This document shows, one piece after another, positions 31,730-41,004 of a DNA stretch of 64,000 nucleotides (its first letter is position 1; every line of letters starts with the position of its first letter). The notes under the pieces are model-generated. The model was not told the origin of the DNA, made no database searches, and worked only from the letters and a program-made list of their open reading frames with translations. The stretch is from an uncultured Acidobacteriota bacterium (GTDB taxonomy: Bacteria; Acidobacteriota; Terriglobia; UBA7540). The stretch is from positions 1-64,000 of the forward strand of contig CAWDSK010000002.1 of the NCBI GenBank assembly GCA_963804995.1, given 5' to 3'. The position numbers and the translations under genes were made by a program.

Positions 31730-32521
31730 TCACCCGATCGTTTGCTTCCCCATGATTTCAGCAAAGACTTCCAGCATTTGATCGTGGACCCTGCCGTTCG
31801 ATGCAAACACGTCATCGCCGAGCACATCGAAGGGACGGCCTTTAATATCAGACATGCGCCCCCCCGCCTCCGTGACCAGCAACGAGCCCGCGGCTTTATC
31901 CCAGGGATTGAGCTTGAGTTCCCAGAAGGCGTCGAAACGGCCGGCGGCGACGGAACAGAGATCAAGCGCCGCGGAGCCGGCACGTCGGATGCCGTGCGAC
32001 AGCTCCGTGAAACGGAAATAGAACTGGATGTTAAGTTCGTGATTCGTTGCGAAGGGCGGGAAGCCCGTGGCCACCAGGCACTCGCTGAGTTTCTCTATCC
32101 GCGAAACCTGCAAGCGGTGCTCATTGAGATACGCGCCGGAGCCGCGCTCGGCTGTGTATAGGTCGTTGCGCGTGGGATCGTACACCACACCCGCAATCAC
32201 CTCACCTCGGAAGGCGAGCCCGAGCGTGACGCAGAATACCGGGAAGCCATGCGCGAAGTTCGTCGTCCCGTCCAGGGGATCAACGTACCAGCAATAGTCG
32301 GAAGACCCGGCCTGGCCACCGCCTTCTTCGGCCACGATGCCGTGGTCCGGAAAATTGCGGCGCAACCGTTCCACGATCAAGGCTTCGGACCGGCGGTCCG
32401 CCACCGTCACCAGGTCTGACCGGCGCTTGTAAGTGATCTCCAGAGGCTGGGTGAAAAGCTCCGCCAGCAGCGCGCCTGATTCGCGCGCGATTTCAACCGC
32501 CGTGCTGAGATAGTTCGGCAT
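31730..32521 (-). CDS. suhB: Inositol monophosphatase
   Basis: WYVDPLDGTTNFAHG, GSAALDL and PWDKAAG motifs. Confidence 0.92.
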   Translation of the reverse strand: MPNYLSTAVEIARESGALLAELFTQPLEITYKRRSDLVTVADRRSEALIVERLRRNFPDHGIVAEEGGGQAGSSDYCWYVDPLDGTTNFAHGFPVFCVTLGLAFRGEVIAGVVYDPTRNDLYTAERGSGAYLNEHRLQVSRIEKLSECLVATGFPPFATNHELNIQFYFRFTELSHGIRRAGSAALDLCSVAAGRFDAFWELKLNPWDKAAGSLLVTEAGGRMSDIKGRPFDVLGDDVFASNGRVHDQMLEVFAEIMGKQTIG

Positions 32522-32605
32522 GATTTCCTGATATCCGAGGATTTAAATTCCGGCAGGTCGGGGCAAGTTCCTTGCATAACCCCGCGGACGTACTCCGCTC
32601 CACAT

Positions 32606-33301
32606 CTATTTCCGGGGCTCCACCAAAATACGCGTTTGCCCTTCCCCTTCCGACCACACTGCGCCGTCAGCAAAATACTCTTTCTTCCAAATGGGCACGA
32701 TCTGCTTGAGACGGTCGATGGCGAATTGGCAGGCCTCAAACGCGGCGCGCCGGTGCGCGGCCGTCACGATAATGGCCACACTGGTCTCACCGATTTCCAT
32801 GCGGCCCAGGCGGTGAATCATCCCCACATGATCAATCGCGAACTTCTGCCTCGCTTCCTGCCCGATCTCTTCCATCCTACGAATCGCCAAGGGTTCATAA
32901 CCTTCGTACTCAAGATAAAGCGTGGCGCGGCCGCGCGAGTGGTTGCGGACGATACCCTCAAAAACCACCACGGCGCCATCTTCCGGTGCCCGCAACGGAT
33001 GGGCAATGTCGGCAGCAGTAATGGGGTCACGCGTGATGCGGAAAAAATCCACCTCAGCCCCGCCGCTCACAGGCGGCATGAACGCTACCTCGTCACCCTC
33101 GCGCAAGGGCGTCTCACGTTTGACAATTTCCTGGTTAACCGCCACCAGCAAGGAATCGGCAAAGGGGGCAAGGCGCGGGAAACGAGTCTCGTACCGGCGC
33201 CACAGCGCATCAAGGCTCTCGCCTTCCGGAACCTCCACCAGCTCCTGGGCGAAGCCCGTCAAGTCGTGCGTGAGGCCGAAAAAAAGAACTTTGATCTTCA
33301 T
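32606..33301 (-). CDS. Fused molybdopterin synthase MoaD-MoaE (MoaX-like)
   Basis: MoaD ending FMPPVSGG continues in frame into MoaE (GAVVVFEGIVRN, HRLG, VPIWKKE). Confidence 0.92.
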   Translation of the reverse strand: MKIKVLFFGLTHDLTGFAQELVEVPEGESLDALWRRYETRFPRLAPFADSLLVAVNQEIVKRETPLREGDEVAFMPPVSGGAEVDFFRITRDPITAADIAHPLRAPEDGAVVVFEGIVRNHSRGRATLYLEYEGYEPLAIRRMEEIGQEARQKFAIDHVGMIHRLGRMEIGETSVAIIVTAAHRRAAFEACQFAIDRLKQIVPIWKKEYFADGAVWSEGEGQTRILVEPRK

Positions 33302-33464
33302 TCTGGGTTCGAAGCCCCGTGCCGAGAGTTCCATTCACTCTCATAATCAGTATACACGCCGTGTGCCTGGATGGCATGGCGAAACCCGGCGCGATATCGG
33401 GTGTAGGGACAGGGCTCACCTTCCCATACGCGTGCGGGTCCTCTTCTAAGTTCAGAGAAGAGAG

Positions 33465-34367
33465 CTAATCTGTCTTCCCCAGCACATGACGCAAAGCTTC
33501 TTCGAGTTGTGGGAATTGGAACTCATAGCCCGTCGAGAGGAGTCGCGAGGGTTTCACGCGGGTACTGGCCAGAAGGAGTTCGTCCGCCATCTCTCCAAAC
33601 ATCAGGTGGGCCGCAAAGGTTGGCAGAGGAAAGATCGTGGGGCGCCACAAGACGCTCCCGAGGGTCTTGGTGAATTCCCGATTGGTTACGGGATGGGGCG
33701 CCACGGCATTCACCGGGCCACGCAAGGCGTCATCCAGGATAGCGTGCGAAATGGCTCCCAACACATCATCGATGGCGATCCAACTCATATACTGCCGGCC
33801 GCTCCCCACACGCCCACCGACGCCCAGCTTGAAAGGCAAGAGCATGGCGCCCAGGCCGCCGCCTGCCTTGCTGAGGACGAAACCAATGCGCAGATTCACG
33901 ACCCGAATGCCATTGCGTCGCGCGGGTTCAGTCGCGGCTTCCCAAGCCGTCGCTACTTCTGAAAGAAACAGCGAGCCCGCGGAACTCTCCTCGTCCATCA
34001 CTTTGCCACCACGGTCTCCGTAGTAACCGATCGCGGAAGCCGACACGAGCACCATGGGCCGGTCCCGCAAGTGCGCCAAGGATTCGCAGAGCAAACGCGT
34101 CCCCTTGGCGCGACTCTCCAGGATGCGAGCTTTCTTTTCGGGCGTCCATCGGCCGACAATGGATTCTCCGGCCAGGTGCACCACGGCGTCAAAATCTTCG
34201 AGTTCGTTCGCCTGGATGGTGCCCGCAGCGGGATCCCACGATATATGCCTGCCACTGGCACGTGACTGTGACCTGGTGAGGCAGACTATCTTGTGGCCCT
34301 CGGCTGTCAAAAAGGTAATCAGCGCTTGGCCGATTAATCCACTGGAACCTGTAAGGAGAATTCGCAT
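33465..34367 (-). CDS. TIGR01777-family NAD-dependent epimerase-like protein
   Basis: TGSSGLIG, VHLAGESI, SASAIGYYG and GSGRQYMSWI motifs. Confidence 0.9.
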   Translation of the reverse strand: MRILLTGSSGLIGQALITFLTAEGHKIVCLTRSQSRASGRHISWDPAAGTIQANELEDFDAVVHLAGESIVGRWTPEKKARILESRAKGTRLLCESLAHLRDRPMVLVSASAIGYYGDRGGKVMDEESSAGSLFLSEVATAWEAATEPARRNGIRVVNLRIGFVLSKAGGGLGAMLLPFKLGVGGRVGSGRQYMSWIAIDDVLGAISHAILDDALRGPVNAVAPHPVTNREFTKTLGSVLWRPTIFPLPTFAAHLMFGEMADELLLASTRVKPSRLLSTGYEFQFPQLEEALRHVLGKTD

Positions 34368-34567
34368 CGGAGTGACCTCGAACTGGCCGGGGGAGAGCCG
34401 CGGCACATGATGGATGAGAAAGGCCTTCTCCCCATCTCAGCGTGAAGCGCATAATACCTCGTTAACCACCGGGACGCCGGCTTCAGCGTTCCGGTGAGTG
34501 TCGCGTTGTTTCGTACCCTAGTTGAGATGACGGGCTAAAGCCCTGCACTTCACCCCTGAGGCTCAAA

Positions 34568-34942
34568 GTGAGTCACGTCTTTATCGCCGGAAAAGATTGG
34601 CAGGCACGCGCTCTGCTTCGCGCTCAACTCCTCGAAGAAGGGTTCGAGGTCGAAGCCCACGAGACCGTGCTTGAGGCTTTGGCGGCGTTGGAAACCGCTC
34701 CCAGCCCACCGGACCTGTTCATCGCCGACATCTCGCAAAGTGACGATCCCTCTGCCGATGTCGAAGGGCTCCGGGCGTGGTCGCGAAAGCTTCCCATCTG
34801 GATCATCGCCAGTCGAACCTTCATCGTCGAAAAGGGTTTGCGTGGCCACGGATTTGAGGTGACCCTGCTGCGACCTGTGGACGTGAGTGAACTCGTGGAC
34901 CAGATCAAGCAGAGACTGGAGGAGAATTTGGAGATTGAATGA
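34568..34942 (+). CDS. Stand-alone receiver-like domain protein
   Basis: PDLFIAD and RPVDVSEL match the receiver fold; the acidic pocket is atypical. Confidence 0.65.
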   Translation: MSHVFIAGKDWQARALLRAQLLEEGFEVEAHETVLEALAALETAPSPPDLFIADISQSDDPSADVEGLRAWSRKLPIWIIASRTFIVEKGLRGHGFEVTLLRPVDVSELVDQIKQRLEENLEIE

Positions 34943-34974
34943 GGACAGCTTGGTAGGTCTTTTACCCGCCGCGC

Positions 34975-36141
34975 TCATACCGCCGGCTGCTGTTGGGTGA
35001 GGCAATGCAAGGTTCCTAATCCCCAAACTAAATCGACGGCGTGAATTCCCACCACGGGGCGATCAGCGAAAAGCTCAGCAAGTGTTCCCAAAGCGATGCG
35101 GTCCTGCGGGTCATTGAAAGTCGGAACCAGCACCGCGGCGTTGGAAATATAAAAGTTCGCATAGCTTGCGGGCAGCCGCTGGCCATCGAGGTAAACCGGT
35201 TCCGGCATGGGAAGCGGCACGACCTCGAGCTTCGAGCCGTCCTCGAGCCGCATGTCTACCAGGCGCTCTCGGTTTTCTTCCAGTGGCTCGTAGTTAAGGT
35301 CCCGCGGATTCTTCTCCTGGCAAAGGACTACGGTTCGCGGCCCCACAAATCGGCACAGGTCATCGACGTGCCCGTGCGTATCGTCTCCGGCAATTCCCTT
35401 ACCCAGCCACAGAATATTGGTCACGCCGAGATAATCGTGGAGCGCCGCTTCAATTTCCTTGCGGTTGAAGCCGGGATTGCGAACTTGAATGGCGGGATCC
35501 AGCAGGCATTCTTCGGTAGTCAGCAGTGTGCCGCGGCCGTTTACGTCAATACTGCCACCTTCCAAAACAAAATCGCGGCCATCGACTCTTACCTGGGACA
35601 AGGGTCGCTTGAGCGCGCGTGCGGCAACAACTGGGACACGGCAGTCCTTGTCCCAGTTCGGATACTTCGCCCAGCCCGTGAAACCGAACCGTACAACCGC
35701 GACATCATGTCGCGGGCTGTCCCGCTTTACGAAAAGCGGCCCGAAGTCACGCGTCCAGCCGCGATTGGTGGGAATACGGAAAAACTCCACACGCGCGGGA
35801 TCGACCCCGACGCGCTTCAGGATTCGTCGGGCCTTTTCCTCGTGCGCTTTGGAGTTGACCAGAATCCTGGCGACTTCGCCTTGCGTAATCTTGCGGACGA
35901 TTTCGCCGTACACCCAGGGGATGGGCGCGAACTTCTGCGGCCAGTCGGTGAGGTTATGCGGCCACCCGAGCCACGTGGCTTCATGCGGTTCCCACTCGGC
36001 GGGGAAGCGGTAGCCAAGTGCGGCGGGGGTCCTTTTGAGTTTTGGGTTCTGGGTACTGGGGGCTAGGGACTGGGGAAGGGCTCGACTCCGGTCCCCAGCA
36101 CCCAGCGCCCAATCCCCAGCACCTAATCTTTTCTTCGCCAC
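34975..36141 (-). CDS. aguA: Agmatine deiminase
   Basis: FPAEWEPH, WTRDFGP, LEGGSI, DDTHGHVDD and GTLHCLTQQ motifs. Confidence 0.93.
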   Translation of the reverse strand: MAKKRLGAGDWALGAGDRSRALPQSLAPSTQNPKLKRTPAALGYRFPAEWEPHEATWLGWPHNLTDWPQKFAPIPWVYGEIVRKITQGEVARILVNSKAHEEKARRILKRVGVDPARVEFFRIPTNRGWTRDFGPLFVKRDSPRHDVAVVRFGFTGWAKYPNWDKDCRVPVVAARALKRPLSQVRVDGRDFVLEGGSIDVNGRGTLLTTEECLLDPAIQVRNPGFNRKEIEAALHDYLGVTNILWLGKGIAGDDTHGHVDDLCRFVGPRTVVLCQEKNPRDLNYEPLEENRERLVDMRLEDGSKLEVVPLPMPEPVYLDGQRLPASYANFYISNAAVLVPTFNDPQDRIALGTLAELFADRPVVGIHAVDLVWGLGTLHCLTQQQPAV

Positions 36142-37037
36142 GGCTCCTCGTTCAGAAAACGGTTGGTGATTCCGGCGTAGGCGTCGATGCGCCGGTCGCG
36201 GAGGAAGGGCCAGTTGCGCCGCACGTCCTCGATTCGCGCCAAGTCGATTTCAGCGAGCAGGGTTTCCTCGCGCTCCGCCGAAGCCTCCGCCAGTACAACG
36301 CCAAAGGGATCGCAGATGAACGTCGAGCCCCAGAACTCCAGGCCGGCGCTCGTGGCGGAGGTTTTTTCAAAGCCCACGCGATTGACCGCGGCAACGTACA
36401 CCCCGTTGGCGATGGCGTGGCTGCGTTGAATGGTTTGCCAGGCGTCGCGTTGGGAGGGCCCGAACTCATCCTTCTCCGCCGGATGCCAGCCAATGGCCGT
36501 GGGGTAGAACAAGAGGCTGGGGCCTTCCAGAGCCGCCAGGCGCGCGCCTTCCGGGTACCACTGATCCCAGCAGATCAGCGTCGCGATGCGGCCCACTTGC
36601 GTATCGAAAGCGTGAAATCCCAGGTCGCCGGGTGTGAAATAAAACTTTTCGTAGTAAGCCGGATCATCGGGAATATGCATCTTGCGGTAGAGGCCCACCA
36701 CCTCGCCGCTCGCATCGATTATCGCCGCGCTGTTGTGATAAACGCCGGCGGCACGGCGCTCGAAGAGGGGCGCCACGATGACAACGCCGCGGGCTTTGGC
36801 GATTTTCCCCAACGCTTCGGTGGTCGGACCGGGAACGGGCTCAGCCAAATCGAACAACGCCGCATCCTCGCGCTGGCAGAAGTACTGCGAGCGGAAAAGC
36901 TCCGGCAAACAGATTATCTCCGCACCGAAATGCGCCGCATCTTCGACTAGGGATACGGCTTTTTCGAGGTTCGCGTCCGGATTTTCGGTGCAAGACATCT
37001 GCACCAGTCCGGCCATGTACTTCAGCTTGGGTGGCAT
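36123..37037 (-). CDS. aguB: N-carbamoylputrescine amidase (carbon-nitrogen hydrolase)
   Basis: LPELF, YRKMHIPDDP..YEKFYF and ICWDQWYPE motifs; adjacent to aguA. Confidence 0.9.
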   Translation of the reverse strand: MPPKLKYMAGLVQMSCTENPDANLEKAVSLVEDAAHFGAEIICLPELFRSQYFCQREDAALFDLAEPVPGPTTEALGKIAKARGVVIVAPLFERRAAGVYHNSAAIIDASGEVVGLYRKMHIPDDPAYYEKFYFTPGDLGFHAFDTQVGRIATLICWDQWYPEGARLAALEGPSLLFYPTAIGWHPAEKDEFGPSQRDAWQTIQRSHAIANGVYVAAVNRVGFEKTSATSAGLEFWGSTFICDPFGVVLAEASAEREETLLAEIDLARIEDVRRNWPFLRDRRIDAYAGITNRFLNEEPWRRKD

Positions 37038-37211
37038 CTGGATGAGACTACACAAGTCGTCTGGTTTTTGCCAAGATTTTCAAGCAGGCAAGGAGCGCAG
37101 CGCGGCAAGGGGGGGGCCGTGTGAGCACGTATCTTCTCGTTAATCCTGCGCGGGCGTAGGGTACTTCTACGTGTAGGCCGTAAAACGACCAAGTGGATTG
37201 TTCCACGACGT

Positions 37212-37295
37212 GTAGCGCGGACCTGTTTTGTAGGTCCGCGGTTCTTCCCCCCCCATGACAACGAAAAGCCGCGGACAAGAACAGGTCCGCGCTAC
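37212..37295. repeat. GTAG-type REP doublet
   Basis: GTAGCGCGGACC..GGTCCGCG with inverted partner CGCGGAC..GTCCGCGCTAC. Confidence 0.75.
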
Positions 37296-37513
37296 CTTGC
37301 TTCCTACGACCCTGCCAGTAAGCTGCTCAGGGCTGACTACTAGGATCAGCCGCAGGTACCGGACGCATCGTTGATTTCTGCGATAACAGAGATAGAGGTG
37401 ACCCGCAGACATAACAGGGAGCGCTATGTCTGCGCCATTGAAGAAATCACTCTCTACGCTCGTATGTTTGCCGCCTTGGCCGCTGAGGTCCGTCACCGCA
37501 TCAATCGCCGCTT

Positions 37514-38131
37514 TCAGCGCCTCTCGAAGAACAGGTAATACTGATAGGGTAGAATGTCGAGCCGCTTGGTGAGGGTAAACCCCGCGTTGCTTAGCTCCGC
37601 GATGACTTCTTGGTCTGAGAGTTTCATGGAGGGCGGCGGCCCGATGGGCAGATCCTTCTTGTAGAACTCGATCACCACAACGCGACCGCCCGGCTTCATG
37701 GCTTTTACGAGCTTGGGATAGTACGCGGCCCGGTTTTCGATATGGTGCAGCACATCGCAGAAAAAGATTAGATCGACAGATTGCTCCGGCAGTCGCGGAT
37801 CGTCAGGCGCGGCCAGTACTACGGTGAGGTTCGGTGGGGCATTCTTTTGGGTGATGGCCAGCAATTCCTTGTCGATATCGACCGCGTAGACTTTGGCGGC
37901 GTGGTTGGCGAAGCGGCGCGCGAAATAGCCTGTGCCGGCGCCTATATCGGCGACGACATCCGTCGGTCTGAGACCCAGAGCCATCACGACCTCGTGCGGC
38001 TTCTGCCACTCGTCCCGAGAGGGGTCTTCCAGCACCTTGGCATACTCACCCGACGAGGGCGGGTGGTGCTGGTGGGGCACTTGCCCCAAGCCGACCGCTG
38101 CAAACATGAACACTAACGCGTAGAGCTTCAT
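37514..38131 (-). CDS. Class I SAM-dependent methyltransferase with signal peptide
   Basis: VADIGAGTGYF, AVDI, DVLHH and MKPGG motifs. Confidence 0.88.
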   Translation of the reverse strand: MKLYALVFMFAAVGLGQVPHQHHPPSSGEYAKVLEDPSRDEWQKPHEVVMALGLRPTDVVADIGAGTGYFARRFANHAAKVYAVDIDKELLAITQKNAPPNLTVVLAAPDDPRLPEQSVDLIFFCDVLHHIENRAAYYPKLVKAMKPGGRVVVIEFYKKDLPIGPPPSMKLSDQEVIAELSNAGFTLTKRLDILPYQYYLFFERR

Positions 38132-38177
38132 AGCTTCCTCCGTGCTCGAGGGCCAGATGGCCGAAGGGTCGATTGCG

Positions 38178-39401
38178 TCACAGAAAGAAAATGCCTATAC
38201 CCGCCCCAACCAGCACAACCCACAACACATCGATTTTGAACCGCAGCGCCACGAATGCCCCAAGCGCCAGGAGAACCGACCGGGTGGTCCATGAGGCCGC
38301 GATGGCGAAGTGGGCCGTCACAGCGAGCAGCAACCCGACGAACGACGCCAGGATGCCACGTAGCGCCCGCCGGAAGACCACCGAGCGTTGCAGGTGGTCA
38401 AAGTAGGGAACTGTAATCAGCACCATCAGGAAAGATGGCGAGAAAATCGCGACGGTGGCCACGAGGGCGCCCAGCAACCCGGCCACCTGATACCCAACGA
38501 AAGTGGCAGTAATGACGATGGGCCCTGGCGTGACCTGCCCCAGAGCGATGCCATCCATGAATGTCTTGCTGTCAGTCCACTTCCGAACGTCCACGACCTG
38601 TTGGAGCATCACTGGGACCGACGCGAAGCCGCCACCGAAGGCAGAAAGGTCCACTTTGAGCATGACCAGCGCGAGGTTAAAAAGTAGACGATTCGCCACA
38701 AAGAGCATTGCGAGAGCAGTTCCACCTACAAGGACTGCCAACAGAACCAGCCGTACCACCCTTCGGCCGCCGGGTTCGCCGACATTGTGGACCGGTTTGA
38801 TGGGCAGGCTTGCGCCAACATAGAGGACAGTACTCACCGCCGCGGACCCGACAATCGCGAGGATGGGACTGCCGTGCAACATGAGGAAAGTGGCGGCTGC
38901 ACCCGCCAGGAGCAAGTCGCGCCAATTCTTTATCGAACTGCGTCCGAATGGCACGACCGCGTTGGCCATCAGCGCCACCACGACCACCTGCAACCCCCGA
39001 AAGGCGGCCGCCACCGTGTGGAGGTCGCGACTGACACCGTAGACGCTCGACAGGACCACCATCAGCACGAACGCTGGCAGGCCAAATCCCAGGAATGCCG
39101 CCAGCGCTCCGGCAATCCCTCGGGTGCGAAGACCGACATAAGCCGCCGTCTGCATGGCTGTGGCACCGGGAATCGACTGACACAAGGCCGTACCGTCCTC
39201 AAAACACTCTTGCGACAGCCAGTGCTTTTTCCCGACAGCCAAGTCGCGGATGTACGCCACCATTGCCGGCCCGCCGAAGGCCGTAAGGCCCAGGCGCTGG
39301 AACGCCAAGAAGAGCGAGCATAGTGAAACCTGATGCGCAGATTCATCACGGTATTCCCCTTCCGCCGCCATTGCCGTCGCCTTCGTGTGATCATCTGCCA
39401 T
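38178..39401 (-). CDS. chrA: Chromate efflux transporter
   Basis: Duplicated motifs GLTAFGG..CQSIPGA and AFGGG..GQVTPGP. Confidence 0.92.
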   Translation of the reverse strand: MADDHTKATAMAAEGEYRDESAHQVSLCSLFLAFQRLGLTAFGGPAMVAYIRDLAVGKKHWLSQECFEDGTALCQSIPGATAMQTAAYVGLRTRGIAGALAAFLGFGLPAFVLMVVLSSVYGVSRDLHTVAAAFRGLQVVVVALMANAVVPFGRSSIKNWRDLLLAGAAATFLMLHGSPILAIVGSAAVSTVLYVGASLPIKPVHNVGEPGGRRVVRLVLLAVLVGGTALAMLFVANRLLFNLALVMLKVDLSAFGGGFASVPVMLQQVVDVRKWTDSKTFMDGIALGQVTPGPIVITATFVGYQVAGLLGALVATVAIFSPSFLMVLITVPYFDHLQRSVVFRRALRGILASFVGLLLAVTAHFAIAASWTTRSVLLALGAFVALRFKIDVLWVVLVGAGIGIFFL

Positions 39402-39818
39402 GCCGCGCGTCCTTGGTCGTGTCGAGAAGGAGTTCCGTTTGGCCTCTTGGACGCAATCGATTATACAGCCGCTCGGTCACTCTAGATCACCTGTGACGCC
39501 ATAGGGTTTACCGATTCCCCGTCACTTGGCCGTCGCCTTGTCGGAAACTGGCCGCTGCCGTGTATACGTGACTCCTCAATAAGGAATTGGACCTGCCTCG
39601 TCTCCTTGAGTTTACGAACGCCGCGTTGCGGTTCAAATTACACTGACACACGAAATCTGTAGCGCCTGCTCTAGAGTTTTTTGCCGCATCCCTGAGACTC
39701 TCAAGACCTGGCTCCCCTCAGACTGATGATTTCGGCGCCATTTTATCCCGGTGCTGACACGCCATCTGCTCACGGACACCCGCTCCTCTGGGCGACGGAG
39801 GATTTCAAAATTCGGTGC

Positions 39819-39846
39819 TTGACTTTGTTTACTGTTGCGGTATAAT
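39819..39846 (+). promoter_or_regulatory. Near-consensus sigma70 promoter with no obvious downstream gene
   Basis: TTGACT (39819-24), 16 bp, TATAAT (39841-46). Confidence 0.55.
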
Positions 39847-40374
39847 CTTAATCGTACTGTGCGGTCCGGCTCAGCAGGAAGGCTCGGAGAGGGCGAGGCA
39901 GGGCCGGGCAATTGGGCAGGAAGGGAGTTATGTAGCCGCGGCGACACGAGGATTTCGCAGCGCCTTTATGTCCGACCATAACATCTTTTCTCCCAAAGCT
40001 GAGAACATACTGAAAACAAAGGGCGGGGAAAGACAATTTTCGTTTCCCAAAGCCGAGAACATCCTGAAAACAAACCCACTTACCAGGCCTACCAAAAACG
40101 GGATATCGACCTGACAACATGTCCTACAGAAAAAGACCTCCTTCCTCGTCCCGGGCCCACCGCTAAGCCGCTGTCAACTATCTAACTGGGCTACATTGGT
40201 TCGCCCCGCCGGAGCGGGTTCTCACCTCGGCGCCACTCCCGTTATCCCGCCGGAGAGGGGGGAGACGCTCAGGCCCCGGGCGAAGACTGGACAAGATCCT
40301 GCCCCTCACGCGCCAACGTACGTCCGCCGCGCCAGCGGCTTAGTTCAAGTCGCCTTGCCGGAAAAGTGTTCAAA

Positions 40375-40483
40375 GCCCCTAAAAGTGGTAGCGCAGTCGA
40401 ATCTCAGATTACCCGGCGAAAGTCCCCTTATCTTTACCGACAAATCCGGAGGGGCAATCCGAAGTCTTGGCCGAGCGAGGGCG
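40375..40483. repeat. ~110-bp diverged direct repeat, copy 1
   Basis: CCCCTAAAAGTGGTAGCGC..AATCCGAAGT..GGCG aligns with 42852-42960. Confidence 0.75.
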
Positions 40484-40561
40484 TTAGCGAAAACTATCTG
40501 AAGATTCTGGTGCAGCCGGTTTCGTAGGCTGGTGCAGGTCTGCTCATCGGGTGGTGAAGTA

Positions 40562-40695
40562 ACCCCTCACCCGCCTGCGGGCCGAAGCCGAAGTGGTTTG
40601 CGGCTCCCAGGCGTCCCTTCGGTGGGCGTAGGCCCGTCCCGCCCCGACTGATGACAACGCCGGCGGCGGTCCACCCTCTCCCCTCGGAGAGGGCT
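40562..40695. repeat. CCCTCACC/CTCTCCC-type REP-like element
   Basis: ACCCCTCACCCGCCTGCGGGCCGAAGCC..CACCCTCTCCCCTCGGAGAGGGC. Confidence 0.65.
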
Positions 40696-41004
40696 ATGAT
40701 TTCAATTTCTTTCCCGCTCCCAAGCCTGGCCGGAAGACAATCCTTGGGGAGCCCCGGATCGCTAAAAGGCGAACGTCGGCGCTTGCCCGTTGCAAATTTG
40801 CGGTACAATGCCCGGCTCTCTTCCGGGGACTCTGGGTGGCCTGCTTCTGACAGAGTCTCCCTGTGTAATTGATTCCATTTTTTTGCGCCCCATTGAGAAG
40901 CAGCTAACCCAACCCGCGCGGGGCGGCGGTGTACCAGTCCGCAGGCAGAGGATGCAAACCGGAATGATTAGGAGCAATTACCCTAGGGCCATAAGGAGAT
41001 TTAA

